A program made the position numbers and the translations under genes. Of a DNA stretch of 64,000 bases, positions 1 to 8,255 are shown piece after piece. The notes under the pieces are model-generated. The model saw nothing but the letters and a program-made list of their open reading frames with translations. It did not search any database and was not told where the DNA came from. Source of the DNA: Bacteroides sp. (GTDB lineage Bacteria; Bacteroidota; Bacteroidia; Bacteroidales; Bacteroidaceae); contig JAJQAY010000083.1 of NCBI GenBank assembly GCA_021203515.1, forward strand, positions 3,665 through 67,664, read 5' to 3'. Positions within the stretch are counted from its first letter, which is position 1. Each line of letters starts with the position of its first letter.

Positions 1-172
1 GGCATTGACCAAGTTCCTGATAGACGGGCATCACAAGTTTATTGGCAATCCTCCTATGAGCGATGATGCCTTGAGAATGCTCGTAATTGTCGTCAACTTC
101 GTGGTCGTTTTCTTTAATTGGACGGTGGCTTATTTCCGCTTCAAGGAGGCGGAGATAATCAATCGTTGGTAA
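1..172 (+). CDS. C-terminal fragment of a hypothetical membrane protein (gene starts upstream of the window)
   Basis: Open frame from nt 2 (...ALRMLVIVVNFVVVFFNWTVAYFRFKEAEIINRW) ending at TAA 170-172. It contains a hydrophobic helix. No family recognised. Confidence 0.4.
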   Translation, partial: ALTKFLIDGHHKFIGNPPMSDDALRMLVIVVNFVVVFFNWTVAYFRFKEAEIINRW

Positions 173-191
173 TCCTCTAAATTGTAAGCTA

Positions 192-560
192 ATGAATTTT
201 AAAGACAGCAAGGCCATCTACCTGCAAATAGCAGACCGCATCTGCGACGAGGTTCTTCTGGGGCAATACCCGGAAGAGGAGCGTATCCCCTCGGTGCGCG
301 AGTATGCGGCTGTGGTAGAGGTCAACGCCAATACGGTGATGCGCTCTTATGACTACTTGCAGACGCAGGGGGTGATTTACAACAAGCGGGGCATCGGCTA
401 CTTTGTCTCTTCGGGCGCCCGCACGCTGATACTCTCCCTTCGCAAGGAGTATTTTCTCAGGGAAGAAGCCGATTACTTCTTCAAGCAATTGTATACGCTC
501 GGCATTTCGACGGATGAGTTGACGGAGATGTACCGGGAATTTAGTAAGAAACAGAAATAA
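192..560 (+). CDS. GntR family transcriptional regulator (short YhcF/YtrA-like, 122 aa)
   Basis: Winged-helix signature RIPSVREYAAVVEVNANTVMRSYDYLQTQGVIYNKRGIGYFV. ATG start, TAA stop. Confidence 0.85.
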   Translation: MNFKDSKAIYLQIADRICDEVLLGQYPEEERIPSVREYAAVVEVNANTVMRSYDYLQTQGVIYNKRGIGYFVSSGARTLILSLRKEYFLREEADYFFKQLYTLGISTDELTEMYREFSKKQK

Positions 561-568
561 AGAAGATT

Positions 569-1366
569 ATGAAACGAACAACTTATATAATATTGGGAGC
601 GCTGCTTGGCGGACTGCTGGTGATGTGCGGCGGTATCTTCTACTTGTCTACTCTCGGCGTGTCGTGGGAGGACACTTGCCTGAAAATTGACGGAGAACGG
701 AAGACCGTACAGCTTCCGGAGTGCCGGGTGGTGAAGTTTGCGATGGAACCGTATTCCGAGGATGTGATTATATCCCTCCAGGGATGGCTGAATGTGGAGC
801 CGGCGGAAGCTGCCGTAGGTAGTCTGGCCTATGTGGACGGCCTGGACAAGTACATGACGCTGCAATCGGCAGGAGATACCTTGCAGGTGACATTCAAAAT
901 AGGTAAGGATGACGTTGACGGGAAACTTCGGGGCCGGAGATGGATGGGAGCCTTGTCCGGAGAGATGGGACTGAAGATACCGGCAAGCGTGCGGCAGGTC
1001 ATTGTCGAGACTATGGTCGAAACTACTTTCAGCAATTTCCGTTGCGACACGCTGTCGTTTAGCGTGCACGAGGTGGCTAAAGTGCAAAATTGCCGTATCG
1101 CTTCTCTGGAAGCAGAGGCACGTTCTCTGCACTTCAATAGCGGAATGGTGGATAATCTGCACCTGAACCTGGACGGTATTCAGAACTGGAAGGTGAACAC
1201 CGACTCTTTCTATATCGATACGGAGCATCTGGCTGCCACCTACAGAAGCCGTTGCAATCTGCAAAAGGGCGAATGCCGCCGGGTACTTTGGAGGCCGTTG
1301 GGCCCGAAAGCAGCTCTGGACTTGGAGTTAAAACAGGCAGTTAAAATAGAAGTGGCCGAACAATAG
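569..1366 (+). CDS. Hypothetical membrane-anchored protein, probably co-transcribed with the GntR gene
   Basis: 265-aa ORF starting 8 nt after the GntR stop. It has an N-terminal TM helix (IILGALLGGLLVMCGGIFYL). No conserved motif recognised. Confidence 0.55.
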   Translation: MKRTTYIILGALLGGLLVMCGGIFYLSTLGVSWEDTCLKIDGERKTVQLPECRVVKFAMEPYSEDVIISLQGWLNVEPAEAAVGSLAYVDGLDKYMTLQSAGDTLQVTFKIGKDDVDGKLRGRRWMGALSGEMGLKIPASVRQVIVETMVETTFSNFRCDTLSFSVHEVAKVQNCRIASLEAEARSLHFNSGMVDNLHLNLDGIQNWKVNTDSFYIDTEHLAATYRSRCNLQKGECRRVLWRPLGPKAALDLELKQAVKIEVAEQ

Positions 1367-1382
1367 TGAGGTATAAATACTT

Positions 1383-1390
1383 TATATTTG
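1383..1390 (+). promoter_or_regulatory. Bacteroides -7 promoter box TATATTTG (TAnnTTTG) for the dcu gene
   Basis: Exact match to the TAnnTTTG consensus, 22 nt upstream of the ATG at 1412. Confidence 0.45.
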
Positions 1391-1411
1391 CAGGATTAAA
1401 TATATAAAGGT

Positions 1412-2722
1412 ATGGTCTTGCAATTAGCGTTTGTATTGGTAGCTATTATTATCGGTGTCCGGCTGGGCGGCATCGGTCTTGGAGTAATGGGAGGGATAGG
1501 TCTTGCAATTCTGACTTTCGGTTTCGGATTGCAACCCACGTCGCCTCCCATTGACGTTATACTGATGATAGCCGCTGTCATTTCGGCTGCATCGTGTATG
1601 CAGGCCGCCGGAGGGTTGGACTATATGGTGAAGCTGGCGGAGAAGCTGCTACGGAGAAATCCCTCGCAAGTCACTATCCTGAGCCCTATCGTGACCTATC
1701 TCTTCACCTTCGTGGCAGGTACGGGGCATGTGGCCTATTCGGTGCTGCCCGTGATAGCCGAAGTTGCCACCGAGACCAAGATACGACCGGAACGCCCCTT
1801 GGGCATTGCTGTGATTGCCTCGCAGCAGGCCATCACAGCAAGCCCCATCTCTGCCGCCACCGTCGCGCTGCTCGGACCGCTTGCCGGGTTCGACATCACC
1901 CTCTTCGACATCCTAAAAATCACCATCCCGGCAACCATCGTCGGTGTGCTCGTGGGCGCGCTGTTCTCCATGAAAGTGGGTAAGGAACTGATGGACGACC
2001 CCGAATACAAGAAAAGACTGGCGGAAGGTTATCTCGACACCAAGAAGATACAGACCAACGATGTGCACAATCAGCGCCATGCCGTCGTATCCGTCCTTCT
2101 CTTCATCCTTGCCACGGTCTTCATTGTCTTCTTCGGGTCTTTCGACAGCCTGCGCCCTTCGTTCGTAATAGATGGCGAAACGGTGAGGCTCGGTATGTCT
2201 GCTATCATAGAAATAGTGATGCTGTCTGCCGCCGCCCTTATCTTGCTGCTGACCAAGACCGATGGCATGAAAGCGACGCAAGGCTCTGTCTTTCCTGCAG
2301 GTATGCAGGCCGTGATTGCTATCTTCGGCATTGCGTGGATGGGGGATACTTTTCTTCAAGGCAATATGCTCCAACTGACTCAGTCCATCGAAGGCGTGGT
2401 GAGGCAAATGCCGTGGCTGTTCGGCATAGCCTTGTTTGTCATGTCTATTCTGCTCTATAGCCAGGCGGCTACGGTGCGTGCATTGATGCCGCTGGGCCTG
2501 GCTTTGGACATTTCGCCCATGATATTGATTGCTTTGTTCCCTGCCGTAAACGGTTATTTCTTCATTCCCAACTATCCTACGGTGGTGGCTGCCATCAACT
2601 TCGACCGCACCGACACTACCCGCATAGGCAAATATGTGCTCAACCATTCTTTCATGATGCCGGGGCTTGTCTCCACAATTGTGGCTATCGGGCTGAGACT
2701 GCTGCTTATTGAGGTATTCTGA
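1412..2722 (+). CDS. dcuB: Anaerobic C4-dicarboxylate transporter, DcuA/DcuB family (DcuB-like)
   Basis: 436-aa polytopic protein. Blocks recalled from E. coli DcuB: AEKLLRRNP, GTGHV, IRPERP, LRPSF, FDRTDTTRIGKYVLNHSFMMPGL. Confidence 0.9.
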   Translation: MVLQLAFVLVAIIIGVRLGGIGLGVMGGIGLAILTFGFGLQPTSPPIDVILMIAAVISAASCMQAAGGLDYMVKLAEKLLRRNPSQVTILSPIVTYLFTFVAGTGHVAYSVLPVIAEVATETKIRPERPLGIAVIASQQAITASPISAATVALLGPLAGFDITLFDILKITIPATIVGVLVGALFSMKVGKELMDDPEYKKRLAEGYLDTKKIQTNDVHNQRHAVVSVLLFILATVFIVFFGSFDSLRPSFVIDGETVRLGMSAIIEIVMLSAAALILLLTKTDGMKATQGSVFPAGMQAVIAIFGIAWMGDTFLQGNMLQLTQSIEGVVRQMPWLFGIALFVMSILLYSQAATVRALMPLGLALDISPMILIALFPAVNGYFFIPNYPTVVAAINFDRTDTTRIGKYVLNHSFMMPGLVSTIVAIGLRLLLIEVF

Positions 2723-2726
2723 TAAA

Positions 2727-2766
2727 CAAAAAAGGAAGAACTGCGTTTTGCAATTCTTCCTTTTAC
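2727..2766. terminator. Bidirectional intrinsic terminator between dcuB and the tRNA
   Basis: Stem AGGAAGAA (2733-2740) / TTCTTCCT (2754-2761). An A-run lies upstream and a T-run downstream. Confidence 0.6.
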
Positions 2767-2770
2767 TCAG

Positions 2771-2843
<73 letters not shown>

Positions 2844-2857
2844 ATGTTTTGTGGGTG

Positions 2858-2865
2858 CAAAGGTA
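2858..2865 (-). promoter_or_regulatory. -7 box TACCTTTG for the tRNA-fMet gene
   Basis: Minus-strand TAnnTTTG match about 15 nt upstream of the tRNA 5' end. Confidence 0.45.
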
Positions 2866-3036
2866 CAGCATTTCTTTTAATACGCAAATAAAATCGCTAT
2901 TATTTTTTCTGAAAAAGCATGTATTTATGCCTAATCTGCTGATAGAGATTAAAATACTATGCAAATATTTATTTCTGCCGGTAAGGGCAATTGTTAATAA
3001 AATGAGCTTTTGTTTGTAATATATGCGGAAATGTTT

Positions 3037-3044
3037 TACTTTTG
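3037..3044 (+). promoter_or_regulatory. -7 box TACTTTTG for the TetR-fabG pair
   Basis: TAnnTTTG match 32 nt upstream of the ATG at 3076. Confidence 0.4.
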
Positions 3045-3075
3045 CTCAAATTATTAAGCAATGTGCAATTAATCT

Positions 3076-3675
3076 ATGGTCGTATCAAAGACAAAAGCTA
3101 AATTAGTGGATGTGGCGCGGCAGTTGTTTGCCAAGATGGGCGTTGAAAATACCACGATGAATGATATAGCCCTTGCTTCTAAAAAAGGTAGGAGGACACT
3201 CTATACCTATTTTAAAAGTAAGGAGGACATCTATATGGCTGTTGTCGAATCGGAACTGGATATGCTTTCGGATATGATGAAGCATGTAGCGGAGAAAGAC
3301 ATCTCGCCGGATGAGAAGATGATTGAAATGATTTATACGCGGCTCGATGCGGTGAAGGAGGTGGTGTTTCGTAACGGTACGCTGCGTGCCAACTTCTTCC
3401 GGGACATATGGCGTGTGGAGAAAGTACGCAAGCGGTTTGATGCAAAGGAGATACAGCTTTTCAAAGACGTTCTCCGGGAGGGTGCGGAGAAAGGAGTGTT
3501 CCAGATAGACGATATCGACATGACCGCCGAATTGGTGCATTATAGTGCGAAGGGAATTGAAGTTCCTTATATACGCGGTCATATCGGGGTCAACCTGGAT
3601 GACGCAACCCGTGATAAATATGTCGTCAACATTGTGTTTGGCGCACTGCATAGAAAAGAAAATATTAATCAATAA
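3076..3675 (+). CDS. TetR/AcrR family transcriptional regulator
   Basis: N-terminal HTH ARQLFAKMGVENTTMNDIALASKKGRRTLYTYFKSKEDIY. 199 aa. Confidence 0.88.
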   Translation: MVVSKTKAKLVDVARQLFAKMGVENTTMNDIALASKKGRRTLYTYFKSKEDIYMAVVESELDMLSDMMKHVAEKDISPDEKMIEMIYTRLDAVKEVVFRNGTLRANFFRDIWRVEKVRKRFDAKEIQLFKDVLREGAEKGVFQIDDIDMTAELVHYSAKGIEVPYIRGHIGVNLDDATRDKYVVNIVFGALHRKENINQ

Positions 3676-3687
3676 TTAAAAAAGAGT

Positions 3688-4434
3688 ATGGGATTGTTAG
3701 ATGGTAAGACAGCCCTTGTAACCGGTGCTGCACGCGGTATCGGTAAGGCTATCGCTTTGAAGTTCGCTCAGGAAGGAGCAAACATTGCATTCACCGACCT
3801 GGTGATTGACGAAAATGCGGACGCTACGGCAAAAGAAATCGAAGCATTCGGCGTAAAGGCGAAAGGATATGCTTCCAACGCAGCCAATTTCGAAGACACT
3901 GCCAAGGTGGTAGAAGCTATTCACACTGATTTCGGCAGCATTGATATCCTGGTAAACAATGCCGGTATCACTCGCGACGGTCTGATGATGCGCATGAGCG
4001 AGCAACAATGGGACATGGTTATTAACGTGAACTTGAAATCAGCTTTCAACTTCATCCATGCTTGTACTCCGATTATGATGCGCCAGAAGAGTGGTAGCAT
4101 CATCAACATGGCTTCCGTAGTGGGTGTTCACGGCAATGCAGGGCAGGCTAACTACTCGGCTTCCAAAGCTGGTATGATTGCACTGGCCAAGTCTATCGCA
4201 CAAGAGTTGGGCTCTCGCGGCATCCGTGCCAACGCCATCGCTCCGGGCTTCATCATGACAGCCATGACCGATGCACTTTCTGACGAAGTGAAGACCGAAT
4301 GGGCCAAGAAGATACCTTTGCGTCGTGGCGGTACGCCCGAAGACGTGGCAAACGTTGCTACCTTCCTTGCTTCCGACTTGTCGTCTTACGTGTCAGGTCA
4401 GGTAATCCAGGTAGATGGTGGTATGAATATGTAA
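3688..4434 (+). CDS. fabG: 3-oxoacyl-[ACP] reductase FabG (SDR family)
   Basis: Rossmann motif TGAARGIGKAIA, NNAG, catalytic YSASKAG. 248 aa, typical FabG length. Confidence 0.9.
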   Translation: MGLLDGKTALVTGAARGIGKAIALKFAQEGANIAFTDLVIDENADATAKEIEAFGVKAKGYASNAANFEDTAKVVEAIHTDFGSIDILVNNAGITRDGLMMRMSEQQWDMVINVNLKSAFNFIHACTPIMMRQKSGSIINMASVVGVHGNAGQANYSASKAGMIALAKSIAQELGSRGIRANAIAPGFIMTAMTDALSDEVKTEWAKKIPLRRGGTPEDVANVATFLASDLSSYVSGQVIQVDGGMNM

Positions 4435-4435
4435 A

Positions 4436-4532
4436 ATTAGTTATGAGTTATAAGTGATTAGTTATTTGTTATGGTTGACAAATCATTAACGATTAATCAC
4501 CTATAACTTATAACTTATAACTTATAACTAAC
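4436..4532. repeat. REP-like hairpin element, arms of TTATAAC(T)-type sub-repeats
   Basis: The left arm ...GAGTTATAAGTGATTAG pairs with the right arm ...TAATCACCTATAAC, followed by (TTATAAC)n. It fills the fabG-stop to rluA-start gap exactly (stop 4434, ATG 4534). Confidence 0.75.
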
Positions 4533-4533
4533 A

Positions 4534-5208
4534 ATGACTGTCGTATACGAGGACAATCATATTATTATAGTCAACAAGACCGCTTCCGAGATAGTTCAGG
4601 GAGACAAGACGGGTGATACGCCGCTTTCGGAAACCGTAAAGCAGTATCTGAAGGAGAAATACCAGAAGCCCGGTAATGTCTTTGTAGGTGTTACCCACCG
4701 CCTGGACCGCCCCGTAAGCGGTCTTGTTGTTTTCGCCAAGACCAGCAAGGCGCTCGCCCGCCTGAACGAAATGTTCAAGAACAGCGAAGTGAAGAAGACC
4801 TACTGGGCTGTGGTGAAGAATCCGCCTCGCACGGAGGAGGGGGGACTGGTGAATTATCTGGTGCGCAACGAGAAACAAAACAAAAGCTATGCGTACGACA
4901 AAGAAGTACCGAACAGCAAGAAAGCAATCCTGCACTACCGGCTCATCGGGAAGTCGCAAAACTATTATCTGCTGGAGATAGACCTCAAGACGGGGCGTCA
5001 TCATCAGATACGGTGCCAGTTGGCAAAGATGGGGTGTCCTATCAAAGGCGATTTGAAGTACGGCTACCCCCCCCGTTCCAATCCGGACGGAAGCATCTGC
5101 CTGCATGCACGTTTTGTCCGCTTCGTGCATCCGGTATCCAAGGAAATGATAGAAGTGGAAGCACCCGTTCCCTCCGGTAATCTGTGGAACGGCTTTGAGA
5201 TATTCTGA
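4534..5208 (+). CDS. RluA family pseudouridine synthase
   Basis: Catalytic motif HRLDRPVSGLVVFAKT and the downstream block GRHHQIRCQLA. 224 aa. Confidence 0.88.
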   Translation: MTVVYEDNHIIIVNKTASEIVQGDKTGDTPLSETVKQYLKEKYQKPGNVFVGVTHRLDRPVSGLVVFAKTSKALARLNEMFKNSEVKKTYWAVVKNPPRTEEGGLVNYLVRNEKQNKSYAYDKEVPNSKKAILHYRLIGKSQNYYLLEIDLKTGRHHQIRCQLAKMGCPIKGDLKYGYPPRSNPDGSICLHARFVRFVHPVSKEMIEVEAPVPSGNLWNGFEIF

Positions 5209-5230
5209 TAACCTTTTAAACTAAATTTCA

Positions 5231-7768
5231 ATGAAAGGTATTACGATTTTATCGGGCTTGCTCCTCTTTGCAGGACTCACGGCCCGGGCACAAGAGAGAG
5301 TGACCGAATATAACGTGTGTCCTGCCGTTACGGTACGAACACCCATCCAGGGGGACAGTATTAACTTTGTAGGCGATAAGTTTGCCGCGAAAGAACTGCT
5401 GAAGACAAGCATCAACCTCGATTTTGACGGATGCTCCTATGAACGGATGACGGCGGATACGGCCGGATACGTCAGCGTGGCAAAGGCGGATAAGGACAAT
5501 CTGTTCTATCTGTTTGCCACCAACCTGCGTGCAGAACGCTTCATGAAGGGTACGTTGAATGTATATTCTCCCGCCCGTTTCGAAGTATTTGTGAACGGTG
5601 AGTCCAAGCAAATAAAGACGACAGCCGAAGACAGTCTGTCGCAAGTGCGCCCCACTGCCGTCAGCCTGCGCCTGGACCCAGAAGCGGATTATGGGATTGT
5701 TATCAAATTGCTTTCCACTGCCGACGACAAGGCTCAGCCGGTATTGAAGTGCGAGTTTGAGAAAGAGAAGGACTTTGCCGGTGTGGGCTATCAGATGGCG
5801 CCCGACTTGAAGAGACGTTTCTCGTTGTTCAATACGAACTTCGGCAGCCGGGTGCGCTCGGTAGCCCTTTCGCCCGACGGCAAGTACCTGCTGACGTGGT
5901 ACTGGGACAACTATTCGCTGAAACGCTCGAAGACGCATTGCAAACTGACCGAGGTCAAGACCGGCCGCGTGATATTGCCGAATGCCAACGAGAAGATGCG
6001 CTGGATGCCTCGCAGCAATAAGTTGTATTACACCGTGATGGGCGAGCATCAAAATGATTTGGTTGTATTCGACCCCGCAACGATGCGCGAAGAAGTATTG
6101 CTGAAGGACGTTCCCGAAGGTTACTTCACCTGGTCGCCCACGGAAGACTATCTGATTTACTCCTCCCGCGATGAAGGCGAGAAGGTGAACGGCCCGTTGA
6201 AACGCCTCGTGCATCCCGACGACCGTATCCCCGGCTCACGCGGACGCGGCTATCCGGTGAAGTACGATTTGTCGACCGGACTTTCCGAACGCCTGACCTA
6301 CGGTAGTCACGGTGTCTATCTGAACGATATTTCTCCTGACGGCAAGAAGCTGCTGTGCTCTTCCTCCAAATCGAATATCACCAAGTGCCCGTTCTCCCTC
6401 TCTTCCCTGTTCGAGATAGACCTGGCTACTTTGAAGGCGGATACATTGGTGACGTGGGAGCCTTATGCAGGCAGCGGTTCTTATTCTCCCGACGGCAAGC
6501 AACTCTTGCTGACCGGTAGCCCGTCCGCTTTCGGAGGTATCGGCAAGAATTGCGGTGACCATCCCATTGCCAACGATTTCGACACGCAGGCCTTCATTAT
6601 GGACTTGGCTACGAGAAAAGTAGAACCTATCACACGCGATTTCAATCCCAGTGTCGACTTCCTGCAATGGAACCCTGTGGACGGCTGCATCTATTTCAAT
6701 ACGACCGACGAAGACTGCAAGCACATCTACCGCTATACTCCCAAGACCGGGAAGTTTGAAATGCTTCCGCTCAAGGAAGACGTGATTGACTCTTTCTCTC
6801 TGGCAGAAAATAATCCGACGATAGCTGCTTATGTAGGAGGTGGTAACACCAGCACAGGCGTTGCCTATATCTATGACATGAAGAAGAAAGCCTCCACTCT
6901 GCTTGCCAACCCGATGAAGCCCGTATTGGACAAGATAGAACTGGGCACGATGGAAGAGTGGAGCTTTACTGCTGCGGACGGTACGGAGATTAAGGGTATG
7001 ATGTGTCTGCCCCCGGCTTTCGACGCTAATAAGAAATACCCGCTCATTGTTTATTATTATGGCGGAACCACGCCGACGACGCGTGGCATCACTTCACCCT
7101 ATTGCGCTCAGTTGTTTGCTTCACGCGATTATGTAGTCTATGTTATCCAGCCTAGCGGTACTATCGGATACGGACAAGAATTCTCTGCCCGCCATGTCAA
7201 TGCATGGGGCGACTATACGGCTGATAATATAATAGAAGGAACCAAGAAATTCTGTGCGGCTCATCCGTTTGTCAATGAAAAGCGCATCGGCTGCCTGGGT
7301 ACCTCTTATGGTGGCTTCATGACTATGTACTTGCAGACAAAGACCGATATGTTTGCCGCTGCCGCTTCACATGCCGGCATCAGTAACGTGGCCAGCTATT
7401 GGGGCGAGGGCTATTGGGGCTATTCTTATAACGCCGTTGCCGCTGCCGAAAGCTATCCCTGGAACAATCCCGATTTGTTCACCAAGCATGGAGCGCTGTT
7501 CAATGCGGATAAAATCAACACACCTCTGTTGTTGCTGCAAGGTACGGTCGATACGAATGTGCCTCTTGGTGAGAGCATACAGATGTATAATGCGTTGAAG
7601 ATACTGGGCAAGACGGTGGAATATATTCAGGTAGACGGAGAAAATCACTTCATCCTCGATTATCCAAAGCGTGAGCAATGGCAAAACTCCATCATGGCAT
7701 GGTTTGCACGTTGGTTGCAGGATAGTCCGGAATGGTGGAATGACCTTTACCCGGAAAGACATTGGTAA
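5231..7768 (+). CDS. S9 family (prolyl oligopeptidase/DPP-like) serine peptidase with N-terminal beta-propeller
   Basis: Signal peptide, repeated SPDGK propeller motifs, nucleophile elbow GTSYGG, C-terminal alpha/beta hydrolase region. 845 aa. Confidence 0.9.
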   Translation: MKGITILSGLLLFAGLTARAQERVTEYNVCPAVTVRTPIQGDSINFVGDKFAAKELLKTSINLDFDGCSYERMTADTAGYVSVAKADKDNLFYLFATNLRAERFMKGTLNVYSPARFEVFVNGESKQIKTTAEDSLSQVRPTAVSLRLDPEADYGIVIKLLSTADDKAQPVLKCEFEKEKDFAGVGYQMAPDLKRRFSLFNTNFGSRVRSVALSPDGKYLLTWYWDNYSLKRSKTHCKLTEVKTGRVILPNANEKMRWMPRSNKLYYTVMGEHQNDLVVFDPATMREEVLLKDVPEGYFTWSPTEDYLIYSSRDEGEKVNGPLKRLVHPDDRIPGSRGRGYPVKYDLSTGLSERLTYGSHGVYLNDISPDGKKLLCSSSKSNITKCPFSLSSLFEIDLATLKADTLVTWEPYAGSGSYSPDGKQLLLTGSPSAFGGIGKNCGDHPIANDFDTQAFIMDLATRKVEPITRDFNPSVDFLQWNPVDGCIYFNTTDEDCKHIYRYTPKTGKFEMLPLKEDVIDSFSLAENNPTIAAYVGGGNTSTGVAYIYDMKKKASTLLANPMKPVLDKIELGTMEEWSFTAADGTEIKGMMCLPPAFDANKKYPLIVYYYGGTTPTTRGITSPYCAQLFASRDYVVYVIQPSGTIGYGQEFSARHVNAWGDYTADNIIEGTKKFCAAHPFVNEKRIGCLGTSYGGFMTMYLQTKTDMFAAAASHAGISNVASYWGEGYWGYSYNAVAAAESYPWNNPDLFTKHGALFNADKINTPLLLLQGTVDTNVPLGESIQMYNALKILGKTVEYIQVDGENHFILDYPKREQWQNSIMAWFARWLQDSPEWWNDLYPERHW

Positions 7769-7862
7769 AAGTTGAAAGTTGAGAGTTGAAAGTTGAAAGT
7801 TAGCTGCGCTGTATCTGCATAGTAACTTTCAACTTTCAACTTTCAACTCTCAACTTTCAACT
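7769..7862. repeat. REP-like hairpin element, AGTTGAA-heptad arms with loop GCTGCGCT-N-GCATAG
   Basis: (AGTTGAA)x4-5 ... AGCTGCGCTGTATCTGCATAGT ... (TTCAACT)x5. It starts directly after the S9 stop codon. Confidence 0.9.
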
Positions 7863-7909
7863 AAAAAAAAGCCGTTTCCCGGAATAGACAAGAGGGGAAC
7901 GGCTTTTTT
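7863..7909. terminator. Bidirectional rho-independent terminator
   Basis: A8 run, then stem GCCGTTTCCC (7871-7880) / GGGGAACGGC (7894-7903), then T6 run. Confidence 0.8.
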
Positions 7910-8113
7910 GCGTTAGTGTGCTTACTATTATTCGGCCACTTAAAGCTGTGTTGTAGACGCCCTTAGCTTTGCTATTGCTCAGCCAAGAACGTCCAGCACA
8001 AACAAACATAACAGGGCTGCTACTTAATGCTAATTTTTTTTATTTGCTTTAAACAGTTGATATATTTATTGTCTAGTTATAAAGTTCGCTTATTGGTAAA
8101 CTTGACGTCTACA
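7866..8113 (-). ncRNA. Candidate sigma-54-dependent small RNA (about 245 nt), hypothetical
   Basis: No ORF of 60 aa or more. It is bounded by a -24/-12-like element (8125-8139) and the terminator at 7863-7909. The 5' GUAGACGU (8112-8105) can pair with GCGUCUAC (7960-7953). Confidence 0.25.
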
Positions 8114-8124
8114 CTTACTATAAC

Positions 8125-8139
8125 TCAAAGGATGTGCCA
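8125..8139 (-). promoter_or_regulatory. Sigma-54-like -24/-12 element TGGCAC-N5-TTGA
   Basis: The minus strand reads TGGCACATCCTTTGA. There is one mismatch to TGGCAC-N5-TTGC, at the -12 C. Confidence 0.3.
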
Positions 8140-8206
8140 AAAGAAACGGAGATTGATAAGTTGCTGAAAATAAGAAGTGTATCCTTTATTCCCCGATAAG
8201 ATACAT

Positions 8207-8244
8207 TGTGGAATAGTGTGGAAAGTGTGGAACGAAGTGTGGAA
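8207..8244. repeat. Four direct (G)TGTGGAA repeats with 9-12 bp spacing
   Basis: TGTGGAA occurs at 8207, 8217, 8226 and 8238. The repeats lie just 3' of the regulator stop and 70-105 bp upstream of the -24 element. They could be a regulator-binding site or a solo arm of a hairpin element. Confidence 0.7.
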
Positions 8245-8255
8245 TTTTTCTACAG

